From Nevskiales bacterium (GTDB taxonomy: Bacteria > Pseudomonadota > Gammaproteobacteria > Nevskiales > DATLYR01), in the NCBI GenBank assembly GCA_035574475.1, contig DATLYR010000164.1, positions 1 to 61,502 of the forward strand: DNA of 61,502 nt, in the 5' to 3' direction. Both the position numbers and the translations under genes were made by a program. This document shows, in pieces, positions 44,669 to 56,446 of this stretch. Within the stretch, counting starts at the first letter, position 1, and each line of letters opens with the position of its first letter. The notes beneath the pieces were generated by a model. It worked only from the letters and a program-made list of their open reading frames with translations. It was not told where the DNA came from and searched no databases.

Positions 44669-44812
44669 GAAGACGAAGCCGACCGGCTGTTCGCGGCGCT
44701 CGCCGACGGCGGACAGGTGCAGATGCCGCTCGGTAAGACCTTCTAGTCCCCGCGCTTTGGTATGGTGGCCGATCGCTTCGGCATCTGGTGGATGATCAAC
44801 GTAGCGGCTTGA
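44669..44812 (+). pseudogene. PhnB/VOC-like protein, C-terminal fragment with an in-frame TAG
   Basis: EDEADRLFAALADGGQVQMPLGKTF*SPRFGMVADRFGISWMINVAA*. The TAG at 44744 replaces the conserved Trp codon. Confidence 0.55.
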
Positions 44813-44930
44813 GCGCCGCCGCTGCGGGAGATCGGGGAGCTTCAAGCAATCGCGCTACAATGCCCTACTCCTCTCGCTCTGGCCCTCTCGATGCACGCAC
44901 CCTCTCCCGGCGAGGGGGATGGTATGAGGG

Positions 44931-45599
44931 ATGCATCCATTGGAGATGACCCTGGACTTGTTCGAAAACCTGGATGCTATCGAAGCGCGGCAGACCTCCC
45001 TGGGCCCCGGTGCGGTGCTGCTGCGCGGTTTCGCCCGGGCCAACACCGCGGCGCTCCTGGCCGCGCTGCAGGAGATCGTCGCACAAGCGCCGTTTCGTCA
45101 CATGGTCACCCCTGGCGGTTTCCGCATGTCGGTGGCGATGACCAACTGCGGTGCATGGGGCTGGGTCTCGGATCGAACGGGGTATCGCTACGCGGCCATG
45201 GATCCAGCGAGTGGCCGCCCCTGGCCGGCGCTGCCGGAGGCCTTTCTCCGGCTGGCGCAGGACGCCGCCGCGCAGGCCGGCTTCGGCGGCTTCATGCCCG
45301 ATGCCTGTCTGATCAATCGCTATGTGCCCGGCGCGAGGATGTCGCTGCATCAGGACAAGGACGAGCGCGACCTCGCTCAGCCCATCGTCTCCGTCTCGCT
45401 CGGCCTCCCCGCCATGTTCCTGTTCGGCGGCTGGAACAGGGCCGACCCGGTGACGCGCGTGCCGCTGGCGCATGGCGACGTGGTGGTGTGGGGCGGGCCG
45501 GCGCGGCTGCGCTACCACGGCGTGATGCCGGTGAAAGCGGGATATCATGAACAGTTTGGCGCCTGCCGCATCAACCTGACCTTGCGCAAGGCGACATGA
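44931..45599 (+). CDS. alkB: alpha-ketoglutarate/Fe(II)-dependent DNA/RNA demethylase AlkB
   Basis: 222 aa. INRYVPGARMSLHQDKDE, VSVSLG and VVWGGPARLRYHGV match the AlkB HxD...H and RxxxxxR pattern. Confidence 0.85.
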   Translation: MHPLEMTLDLFENLDAIEARQTSLGPGAVLLRGFARANTAALLAALQEIVAQAPFRHMVTPGGFRMSVAMTNCGAWGWVSDRTGYRYAAMDPASGRPWPALPEAFLRLAQDAAAQAGFGGFMPDACLINRYVPGARMSLHQDKDERDLAQPIVSVSLGLPAMFLFGGWNRADPVTRVPLAHGDVVVWGGPARLRYHGVMPVKAGYHEQFGACRINLTLRKAT

Positions 45600-45659
45600 G
45601 GATTCGTGTCAGCTCTGCCCGAGCCGCAGCGGGCCGTCAATCTTAGTAAGGAGCGAGCA

Positions 45660-46010
45660 ATGACTGCCGTCATCCTGGAATCGCTTTTGACCTGCCCGGC
45701 GGGCGATCACGTCAAGAACGAGACCCTGCCCACCGACGTCTGCCAGTGGTTCTACGAGTGCAAGCGCTGTCACGCAGTGCTCAGACCCAAGCCGGGTGAC
45801 TGCTGTGTGTACTGCTCCTACGGCACGGTGCCCTGCCCGCCCGTACAAACCCACGGCCGGCAAGGGCGGTTGCTGCGGCTGATCGGGGGTACAGCACATC
45901 GTCGTCTCCTATGCCAGGACCTTGCAGTAACACAGCAGAGGAGCGTGCCGAGGGCGTACCCTCGGCACGCCGGCGGTCGCCTCACGAGACCTCGATGGTG
46001 CGTACCTTGA
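45660..46010 (+). CDS. GDCCVxC-domain small metal-binding-type protein, with a probably frameshift-extended C-terminus
   Basis: AAGGAG RBS. MTAVILESLLTCPAGDHVKNETLPTDVCQWFYECKRCHAVLRPKPGDCCVYCSYGTVPCPPVQ. After this point the shifted frame gives PTAGKGGCCG* ending at 45882. Confidence 0.6.
   Translation: MTAVILESLLTCPAGDHVKNETLPTDVCQWFYECKRCHAVLRPKPGDCCVYCSYGTVPCPPVQTHGRQGRLLRLIGGTAHRRLLCQDLAVTQQRSVPRAYPRHAGGRLTRPRWCVP
45946..45969. terminator. perfect 10-bp/4-nt-loop hairpin between convergent genes
   Basis: GTGCCGAGGG-CGTA-CCCTCGGCAC, 12 nt beyond the hsp20 stop at 45982 and inside the extended GDCCVxC ORF. There is no clear U-tract. Confidence 0.4.
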
Positions 46011-46488
46011 TCTCACCCGGAGTGCGTTTTGGCAGCTCGATGCGCAACACCCCATTTTTGTACGTTGCGCTGCCGCCTTCGGCATTCACTGGCGCCGGCA
46101 GTGGCACGACCCGGCGGAAGTGGCCATAGGCGCATTGCATGACGCGCCAGCGACCTGCCGTGCTTTCCCGCGCGAAGCGTTTCTCGCCACTGACCACCAG
46201 GGCATCGTCGCACACTTCGATGGCGATGTCCTCTTTGGCCATACCAGGCAGTTCCAGACGCACCACCAGCCGCCGCTCGTCCTCGAAGACATCGCCACCC
46301 AGCATCGCCCAGCGGCGCGTCGGCAGATAAGACTCGTCGTCGACTTCGTCGCTGCTCGGCAAATTGGTATTTTCGCTCGGTTTGAAACGCGTCAACGCGC
46401 CAGAGGCCGATTGCATCAAATGTCGCCAGCCTTCGGTCACATTATCCCAAAACGAGCTGACGCTTTCTTTCAGCGTTTCGAGTTTCAT
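45982..46488 (-). CDS. small heat-shock protein, Hsp20/alpha-crystallin family (copy 3)
   Basis: Start MKLETLKE at 46488 behind GAGGAGG. ACD core RLELPGMAKEDIAIEV..DALVVSGEKR...ATYKNGVLRIELPK. Confidence 0.85.
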   Translation of the reverse strand: MKLETLKESVSSFWDNVTEGWRHLMQSASGALTRFKPSENTNLPSSDEVDDESYLPTRRWAMLGGDVFEDERRLVVRLELPGMAKEDIAIEVCDDALVVSGEKRFARESTAGRWRVMQCAYGHFRRVVPLPAPVNAEGGSATYKNGVLRIELPKRTPGEIKVRTIEVS

Positions 46489-46545
46489 GAGATTCCTCCT
46501 CGCCACGATGCCGATATACGACCTTGCGCTAGCGCCGCGGGTGAA

Positions 46546-46926
46546 TCAAGCGACCTTGACCTCGATACGGCGCCGCTGTGTGTGCGCAGCTTTGGGAATG
46601 CGCAATTTGAGCACGCCATGCTCGAACTCGGCATTGATCTGGTTGACATCCAACTCTTTTGACAAGTTGAATACGCGCCGGTAGCGTAGAAGATTCACAT
46701 CGGCATGACCGGCTTCCAGACCGTCCGGGATATCTAGGTTCATTTCACCTTCGATCAGCAGCGTGCCATCTTCGATTTGCAGCAGCAGCTTGTCTTTTGG
46801 CACGCCCGGCAGATCGGCATAGAGGGTGATGCCGGCGGCATCCTCGATGACATCGACCGACGGTAACAAAAAAGCTTCATGCCGCGGACTATCGGCATTT
46901 GGTTTCACAGTCGTATTCGTATTCAT
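46546..46926 (-). CDS. small heat-shock protein, Hsp20 family (copy 2)
   Basis: Start MNTNTTVK at 46926. PSVDVIEDAAGITLYADLPGVPKDKLLLQIEDGTLLIEGE...AEFEHGVLKLRIPK. Confidence 0.85.
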   Translation of the reverse strand: MNTNTTVKPNADSPRHEAFLLPSVDVIEDAAGITLYADLPGVPKDKLLLQIEDGTLLIEGEMNLDIPDGLEAGHADVNLLRYRRVFNLSKELDVNQINAEFEHGVLKLRIPKAAHTQRRRIEVKVA

Positions 46927-46946
46927 GGCATTCGTCTCCTCCAGCC

Positions 46947-47384
46947 TCATTGAATAGCGATACGCCGCGGCTGCGCCGCGCTCTTGCGTTTGATACTGAT
47001 GTGCAGGACCCCATCGCGGTATTTGGCCTCGACGGCGTTGGGATCGATATCGTCGGGCAGGCTGATCACTCGACGGAAACGACCGGAAAAACGCTCATTG
47101 ATGTGAATGATGGCTTTTTCCTCTTTGCTGGGCAGATCGGCTTTGCGCTCACCGGCGATGGTCAGCACACCGCGCTCCAGATTCACTTCCAGAGTTGCCG
47201 GATCGAGGCCCGGTGCAAAGGCATAGATTTCTACTGATTGCGCTGTGCTGCCGACGTTCAATGCCGGGAAACCACCGCGCGTAAGCCCACGGATATTGGG
47301 CGAAATATCGAACGCCTGCTGCATGCTCCGCTGCAACCGTTCCAGCTCGGCTAGTACATCTTGAGGAAATATGGATCGATACAT
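46947..47384 (-). CDS. small heat-shock protein, Hsp20 family (copy 1)
   Basis: Start MYRSIFPQD at 47384 behind AAGGAG. PALNVGSTAQSVEIYAFAPGLDPATLEVNLERGVLTIAGER...AKYRDGVLHISIKR. Confidence 0.85.
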   Translation of the reverse strand: MYRSIFPQDVLAELERLQRSMQQAFDISPNIRGLTRGGFPALNVGSTAQSVEIYAFAPGLDPATLEVNLERGVLTIAGERKADLPSKEEKAIIHINERFSGRFRRVISLPDDIDPNAVEAKYRDGVLHISIKRKSAAQPRRIAIQ

Positions 47385-47482
47385 GATGACGATCTCCTTG
47401 GTAACCCAATCCGACATCCCCTGGGATGCCCGAGTCCCTGATTTGAGGATGGGGGGCGAGAATTTCAAGAGAGCACCCAGGG

Positions 47483-47509
47483 CTTGCATTCTTTGCCTGG
47501 TGACCCTAT
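47483..47509 (+). promoter_or_regulatory. possible sigma-32-type heat-shock promoter for cbpA
   Basis: CTTGCA (47483-47488), 15 nt, CCCTAT (47504-47509), compared with the consensus CTTGAA-N13-15-CCCCAT. It lies 47 nt upstream of the ATG. Confidence 0.3.
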
Positions 47510-47555
47510 GTCAAAAAGGTGGTATGGCGCGATAAGCACGGCTAGAGGAGGACAC

Positions 47556-48503
47556 ATGCAGTTCAAGGATTATTACGCCACTTTGGGCGTGGCACGCGAT
47601 GCCACGGCCGAGGACATCAAAAAGGCTTTCCGTAAACTGGCGCGCAAATACCACCCGGATATCAGCAAAGAGCCGGATGCCGAAGCCCGCATGAAAGAGA
47701 TCAACGAAGCCTATGCGGTGCTGTCGGACCCGGAGAAGCGCGCCGCCTACGATCAGCTCGGGCGGAACTACCAGCCTGGTCAGGACTTTCATCCTCCGCC
47801 GGACTGGGATGCCGGGTTCGAGTTCTCCACTCACGGCTTTGCGCCTTACGAAGCGGCCGATTTCAGCGACTTCTTCGCCGAGCTGTTCGGCCACCTCGGC
47901 GCCGCCCGTGCGGCGCGCGGCGGCAGGGCTGGGCCGGGACGCGGCCAGGATCATCACGCCAAGATCCTGCTCGATCTGGAGGATGCCTTCCTCGGCAGTA
48001 CGCGACAGATCACCCTGCGCGTCCCCAGGCTGGACAGCCAGGGGCGCGTGGTCCTCGCCACCCGGACGTTGAACGTGAAAATTCCCCAGGGTGTCAAAGA
48101 GGGGCAGATCATCCGTCTGGCCGGACAAGGCGCACCGGCACTGGGCGCGGGCCAGCCTGGCGACTTGCTGCTGGAGGTGCATTTCAAGCCGCATCCCCGG
48201 TTTCGCGTCGAGGGTCGTGACCTGCACCTGCGGCTGCCGGTTACGCCCTGGGAGGCGGCACTGGGCGCCGTCGTGCCGGTCGAAACCCCAACCGGCACGC
48301 TCAAGGTGCGCATTCCCGCCGGCGCCCAGAGCGGGCAGCAGTTACGCGTGCGCGGCAAGGGTATCCCCGGCGAGCCGCCCGGAGATCTGCTGCTGGAGGT
48401 GCAAGTCGTGTTGCCGCCGGCCGATTCGCCCAAGGCGCGTGAGATCTATCAAACCATGGCGCGGGAGCTGGCCTTCGATCCGCGCCTTGCCGAGAGGACG
48501 TAA
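47556..48503 (+). CDS. cbpA: curved-DNA-binding DnaJ-class co-chaperone CbpA
   Basis: GAGGAGG RBS. J-domain [12 protein letters not shown]...[14 protein letters not shown]. There is no Zn-finger region. DnaJ C-terminal domains follow. Confidence 0.9.
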   Translation: MQFKDYYATLGVARDATAEDIKKAFRKLARKYHPDISKEPDAEARMKEINEAYAVLSDPEKRAAYDQLGRNYQPGQDFHPPPDWDAGFEFSTHGFAPYEAADFSDFFAELFGHLGAARAARGGRAGPGRGQDHHAKILLDLEDAFLGSTRQITLRVPRLDSQGRVVLATRTLNVKIPQGVKEGQIIRLAGQGAPALGAGQPGDLLLEVHFKPHPRFRVEGRDLHLRLPVTPWEAALGAVVPVETPTGTLKVRIPAGAQSGQQLRVRGKGIPGEPPGDLLLEVQVVLPPADSPKAREIYQTMARELAFDPRLAERT

Positions 48504-48506
48504 GCC

Positions 48507-48815
48507 ATGGCTGAACACGACATCCTGACAGCCAGCCTGATCGAGCAAGACGCGCTGACGCTCGAAGAACTCGCGGCAGCAATCGCCGTCGAACCCGACT
48601 GGATCATTCGCCACATCGAGCAGGGCTGTTTTTCTGTGCAACCCGCGGGCAGCCGTGAATGGCGCTTCTCCAGCACGACCCTGGTGCGGGCGCGCCGCAT
48701 CCGGGAGATCGAGCGCAACTTCGAGGCCGATCCGCAACTGGCGGCCCTGGTCGCTGATCTGCTGGAAGAAATCGATGCGCTGCGCGCACGCCTGCGTCGC
48801 GCCGGTTTGATGTGA
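48507..48815 (+). CDS. cbpM: chaperone modulator CbpM (MerR-like fold)
   Basis: 102 aa, starting 3 nt after the cbpA stop. [24 protein letters not shown]... matches the expected position and size of cbpM. Confidence 0.8.
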   Translation: MAEHDILTASLIEQDALTLEELAAAIAVEPDWIIRHIEQGCFSVQPAGSREWRFSSTTLVRARRIREIERNFEADPQLAALVADLLEEIDALRARLRRAGLM

Positions 48816-48858
48816 CGCTCATACGGTCCGACCCAGCGCCCGAAGGGGGATCCAGCCT

Positions 48859-50775
48859 ATGGAACAGAAAACGCAATGGCACGTCGGTTATTGGTTGCTG
48901 GCCGTGCTGGTCGTGCTGATGCTGCAAAACTGGCTGCACAGCGTCCAGCGCATCGAATTGGTACCCTATAGCGAATTCGAAAAAGCGCTGGCCGACGGCC
49001 GCGTGGCCGAGGTCGTGGTCACCGACCAGACGCTGACCGGCAAGCTCAAAAGTCCGGACGCTAGCGGCAAGACGGTTATCGTCGCCACGCGCGTCGAGCC
49101 GGCGCTGGCCGAGCGCCTCTCTCAGTACGGCGTGCCCTATACGCGGGTGATCGAAAGCACCTTGCTGCGCGATCTGTTGTCGTGGATCGTGCCGGCGCTG
49201 GTCTTTTTCGCGGTATGGTTTTTCCTCTTCCGCCGCTTTGCCGAAAAACAGGGCCTGGGCAGCTTCATGGGCATCGGCAAGAGCCGCGCCAAGATCTATG
49301 TGGAAAAAGACACTGGCGTGACCTTCGCCGATGTCGCCGGGGTCGACGAAGCCAAGGAAGAGTTGCAGGAAATCGTGCAGTTCCTCAAAGCGCCTCAGGA
49401 TTACGGGCGGCTCGGCGCCCGCATTCCCAAAGGCGTGCTGCTGGTCGGTCCGCCCGGCACCGGCAAGACGTTGCTGGCCAAAGCCGTGGCCGGTGAGGCC
49501 GGCGTGCCGTTTTTCTCCATCTCCGGCTCCGAGTTCGTGGAAATGTTCGTCGGCGTGGGCGCAGCCAGAGTGCGCGACTTGTTCGAGCAGGCGCGGCAGA
49601 AGGCGCCTGCCATCATCTTCATCGATGAGCTGGATGCCCTGGGTCGCGCCCGTAGCGCGCTGACCGGCGTCGGCGGGCACGATGAGCGTGAGCAGACGCT
49701 CAACCAATTGCTGGTAGAACTCGACGGCTTCGACAGCACCTCGGGCCTGGTGCTGCTGGCGGCCACCAACCGCCCCGAGATTCTCGATCCGGCGCTGCTG
49801 CGGGCCGGGCGCTTCGACCGCCAGGTGCTGGTCGACCGTCCCGACAAAGCCGGCCGCGTGCAAATCCTCAAGGTGCACGCGCGCAAGGTCAAACTCGCGG
49901 CGGATGTCGATCTGGAGCAGATCGCAGCGCTCACCACCGGCTTTTCCGGCGCCGATCTGGCCAACCTGGTCAATGAAGCGGCGTTGATGGCTACGCGGCG
50001 CCGCGCCGCGGCCATCACGCTGGAGGATTTCACCCGCGCCATCGAACGCATCGTAGCCGGCCTGGAAAAGAAAAACCGCGTGCTCAATGCCAAGGAACGC
50101 GAGATCGTCGCCTATCACGAGATGGGTCATGCTCTGGTGGCGCTGGCCTTACCCGGCACCGATCCGGTGCACAAGGTTTCGATCATCCCGCGCGGCATCG
50201 GCGCCCTGGGCTACACCATCCAGCGGCCCACCGAAGACCGCTTTCTGATGGACCGCGAGGAGTTGGAAAACAAGATCGCCGTACTGCTCGGTGGCCGCGC
50301 CGCGGAGAAGCTGGTGTTCGGCAAGCTCTCCACCGGGGCTGCCGACGACATGGCCAAAGCCACCGACATCGCCCGCGACATGGTCACCCGCTACGGCATG
50401 GACGAGCGACTCGGCTATGTCGCCTATGAGGCCCAGCCGCCGCGCTTTCTCGGCGCGCCGGCCGGTCTGACCCAGGGTGGCAGCCGGATGAGCGAAGCCA
50501 CCGCGCGCCAGATCGACGAAGCAGTACGCGAGCTGATCATGCGTATTTTCGAACGTGCCTACCGCCTCCTCGAGCACAACCGCGACATTCTCGACAGTTG
50601 CGCAGCCGAGCTGCTGAGACACGAGACCTTGGACGAAGCCACCCTCAGCGAGCTGACCCGGGGCTTACACCGCCACACCGGCAGCGACAGCCCCCGAATA
50701 CCGGCCGTAGCTGCTGTGGCACGGACCTATACTGAAGACGGGGTCATCCCCGACCATGCGAGGAAGCAACCATGA
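48859..50775 (+). CDS. ftsH: ATP-dependent zinc metalloprotease FtsH (accessory paralogue by context)
   Basis: 638 aa. Two N-terminal TM helices, Walker A GPPGTGKT, Walker [12 protein letters not shown] motif [19 protein letters not shown], and HEMGHA. Confidence 0.9.
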   Translation: MEQKTQWHVGYWLLAVLVVLMLQNWLHSVQRIELVPYSEFEKALADGRVAEVVVTDQTLTGKLKSPDASGKTVIVATRVEPALAERLSQYGVPYTRVIESTLLRDLLSWIVPALVFFAVWFFLFRRFAEKQGLGSFMGIGKSRAKIYVEKDTGVTFADVAGVDEAKEELQEIVQFLKAPQDYGRLGARIPKGVLLVGPPGTGKTLLAKAVAGEAGVPFFSISGSEFVEMFVGVGAARVRDLFEQARQKAPAIIFIDELDALGRARSALTGVGGHDEREQTLNQLLVELDGFDSTSGLVLLAATNRPEILDPALLRAGRFDRQVLVDRPDKAGRVQILKVHARKVKLAADVDLEQIAALTTGFSGADLANLVNEAALMATRRRAAAITLEDFTRAIERIVAGLEKKNRVLNAKEREIVAYHEMGHALVALALPGTDPVHKVSIIPRGIGALGYTIQRPTEDRFLMDREELENKIAVLLGGRAAEKLVFGKLSTGAADDMAKATDIARDMVTRYGMDERLGYVAYEAQPPRFLGAPAGLTQGGSRMSEATARQIDEAVRELIMRIFERAYRLLEHNRDILDSCAAELLRHETLDEATLSELTRGLHRHTGSDSPRIPAVAAVARTYTEDGVIPDHARKQP

Positions 50776-51017
50776 AACGGTCCGGAATCTGGCTGTGGGC
50801 ACTGCTCGCTCTGAGCACGCCGGCCTGGGCGTTCCACTGCCCGGCGGACATGAAGAAGATCGACGCCGCCCTGCAGAGCAATCCCCCCAAGGACGCACAG
50901 CAACTCGCCGAGGTAACGAAGCTGCGCGCCGAGGGCGAGACCCTACACAACGCTGGCAAGCATCAAGAATCGGTCGACACCCTGGCGAAGGCGATGAAGA
51001 TTCTCGGCATCCAATAG
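50772..51017 (+). CDS. small secreted helical protein of unknown function, overlapping the ftsH stop
   Basis: ATGA overlap with the ftsH stop. Signal peptide [22 protein letters not shown]. 81 aa, Lys/Ala/Glu-rich. Confidence 0.6.
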   Translation: MKRSGIWLWALLALSTPAWAFHCPADMKKIDAALQSNPPKDAQQLAEVTKLRAEGETLHNAGKHQESVDTLAKAMKILGIQ

Positions 51018-51039
51018 CCCTTACCGTCTACCTTCCTTG

Positions 51040-51065
51040 AGCCGCGCTCGCGCGGCTTTTTTTTG
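51040..51065 (+). terminator. Rho-independent terminator
   Basis: AGCCGCG-CTCG-CGCGGCT followed by TTTTTTTT. Confidence 0.8.
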
Positions 51066-51136
51066 CGCCGCCGCGCCATTGGGATCAACTGGCTGATAGC
51101 ATGATTTTCCCGCCCGCTCTGGATGGAAATGCGACG

Positions 51137-51775
51137 ATGATCCTGGATACCTGGTTACTCTTCGTTCCGGCGGCCTTCGCCCTGAACATGGCGCCCGGCC
51201 CCAACAACCTGCTCTCGGTGGCCAACGCCGCCCGCTTCGGCTTCGCCGCCTCGGTACTGGGCGGCCTGGGACGGCTGCTGGCCTTCGCCCTCATGATCGC
51301 CCTGACCGCGGTCGGCCTGGGCACGCTGCTGGCGGCCTCGGAACTCGCCTTCCAGATCGTCAAGTGGCTGGGTGCGGCCTATCTGCTCTACCTGGGCATC
51401 AAGCTGTGGCGCGCCCCGGCCATGACCCTGCCGGGGGCGTCGGCGGCGCAGACGGGCACCAGCGTGCTCGCGCTGGCGCAGCAGGAGTTCCTGGTGGCGG
51501 TGGGCAATCCCAAAGCCATCCTGATCTTCACCGCCTTCTTCCCACAGTTCCTGTCGCGGGACGGCTCGCCGCTGGTGGAGTTCGCGCTGATGGGCGTGAC
51601 CTTCCTGGCGCTGGAACTCATTGCCATCGCCCTCTACGCCCTGTCGGGGCGGCAGTTGGCGGCCGTCACCCGCTCGGCCCGCGGCCTGCGCCTGTTCAAC
51701 CGGATGAGCGGCTCGGCCCTATGCGGCGCCGGCGTACTGCTCCTGCTCTCCAGCCGCGCCAACGCCGCTACCTAG
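51137..51775 (+). CDS. LysE/RhtB-family exporter
   Basis: MILDTWLLFVPAAFALNMAPGPNN..., GAAYLLYLG and NPKAILIFTAFFPQF motifs. Alternative start at 51101. Confidence 0.85.
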   Translation: MILDTWLLFVPAAFALNMAPGPNNLLSVANAARFGFAASVLGGLGRLLAFALMIALTAVGLGTLLAASELAFQIVKWLGAAYLLYLGIKLWRAPAMTLPGASAAQTGTSVLALAQQEFLVAVGNPKAILIFTAFFPQFLSRDGSPLVEFALMGVTFLALELIAIALYALSGRQLAAVTRSARGLRLFNRMSGSALCGAGVLLLLSSRANAAT

Positions 51776-51816
51776 ACAATCACTCCTACCCGCGGTCCAT
51801 CTGCTCAGCCGCTGCT

Positions 51817-51911
51817 CCCTCACCCCGCCCCTCTGCCGGAGGGTGAGGCAGTCCGCGTCCCCGGCTTCCTCGCTTCGCTCTTCCCCTGGGAGAGGGCCAG
51901 GGCGAGGGGGG
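51817..51911. repeat. GC-rich REP-like palindromic units ('..PLPxGEGxGEG..' type)
   Basis: CCTCACCC-N15-GGGTGAGG (51818-51848) and CTCTTCCCCTGGGAGAGGGCCAGGGCGAGGG (51889-51911). Both are related to the hairpin at 56396. Confidence 0.5.
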
Positions 51912-51949
51912 GTGGGGATTGTAGAGCGACTGATTACAGTTATCCGATA

Positions 51950-55495
<3,546 letters not shown>

Positions 55496-55535
55496 GGGAA
55501 TCCCGTGGCGGAAACGCCCGCCTTCCATGTTTTTT

Positions 55536-56333
55536 TTACAGCTTATCCGCTTCCAGCATGGCACGAACCAGCAACTGCCGCTGGTGATACACCCAACTGC
55601 GATCGGCGCTGGGATCGGCGCTGGGCAGCATGTAGACCGTGCCGCTGTCCAGTTCCAGCAGGCTCAGGGCGGCGCCGCTGTAGTGCGGCTCGAGCAGACC
55701 GTAGACGGCGCCGGTATCGAGGCCGTAGACGTTACCCACCCGGCATACGCCATCGAAGCTCGGGGTGTGGCCGACCAGGATGCGCTCGATGCCGGCTACG
55801 CCGGTGCGCACTTGACCCATCATGCGCGCCCGCCCCCACAGGGCGGTGTGTGCCACTTCGGCTTCGCCGGCGCGCAGGGCCGCCACGAAGCCGGGCCAGT
55901 CCAGGGTCGCCGGCACATCGGCGTGGACGATGCCGGTCAGCCCCTGCACGCTCTCCACCTCGATGACCAGCGGCAACTGCGCCAGCGCCTGGCGAAAGCG
56001 CGCCCGGGTGGCCTCGTCCTGCTCCAGCCACCACACGCCACCGCAGGCCACCCACCAGTGCAGGCGGCTCTCCCGGGTGCGGGCGCTGAGCACGAAGTCG
56101 TCGTGGTTGCCGCGCACCGTATGGAACCAGGGCAGTGCCAGGAATTCCAGGGCGCGGGGCGACTCGGGGCCGCGGTCCACCAGGTCGCCGACGCTGAACA
56201 GCCGGTCGCGCCCGGCATCGAACTCCACCGCCGCCAGCAGCCGCTCCAGCAGCGAGAAGCAACCGTGAATGTCCCCCACCACGAAGTCGCGGCCGTGGGT
56301 GTTGCGGGTGTACCGGCGGATCGGGTCGGTCAT
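55536..56333 (-). CDS. metallophosphoesterase, PPP-family Ser/Thr phosphatase-like (PrpA/PrpB / lambda-phosphatase type)
   Basis: 265 aa with GDIHGC, GDLVDRGP, RGNHD and VGHTP motifs. Confidence 0.8.
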   Translation of the reverse strand: MTDPIRRYTRNTHGRDFVVGDIHGCFSLLERLLAAVEFDAGRDRLFSVGDLVDRGPESPRALEFLALPWFHTVRGNHDDFVLSARTRESRLHWWVACGGVWWLEQDEATRARFRQALAQLPLVIEVESVQGLTGIVHADVPATLDWPGFVAALRAGEAEVAHTALWGRARMMGQVRTGVAGIERILVGHTPSFDGVCRVGNVYGLDTGAVYGLLEPHYSGAALSLLELDSGTVYMLPSADPSADRSWVYHQRQLLVRAMLEADKL

Positions 56334-56395
56334 GGGCGCTGTCTATGCAGAGGAGATATTGTCACTGACAGCGCGCACTGCAGGGTGTTCGCCCG

Positions 56396-56428
56396 CCCCG
56401 CCCCTCTCCCTCTGGGAGAGGGGCGGGG
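56396..56428. repeat. perfect 15-bp-stem REP hairpin
   Basis: CCCCGCCCCTCTCCC-TCT-GGGAGAGGGGCGGGG, between the recC stop (56447) and the phosphatase start (56333). Confidence 0.75.
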
Positions 56429-56446
56429 TGAGGGCACTGCTGCGCA

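Noticed and set aside
47449-47469. A sigma-32 promoter for the sHsp genes: minus-strand CTTGAAA (47469-47463) and CCCCAT (47454-47449).
   Set aside because: The two boxes are only about 8-9 nt apart, far from the 13-15 nt needed. I kept only the weaker but correctly spaced candidate on the plus strand for cbpA.
55536-56333. The gene between recC and recB could be a displaced recD or a ptrA equivalent.
   Set aside because: It is 265 aa with GDIHG/GDLVDRG/GNHD metallophosphatase motifs. It has no Walker A/B helicase motifs and no M16 protease HxxEH motif.
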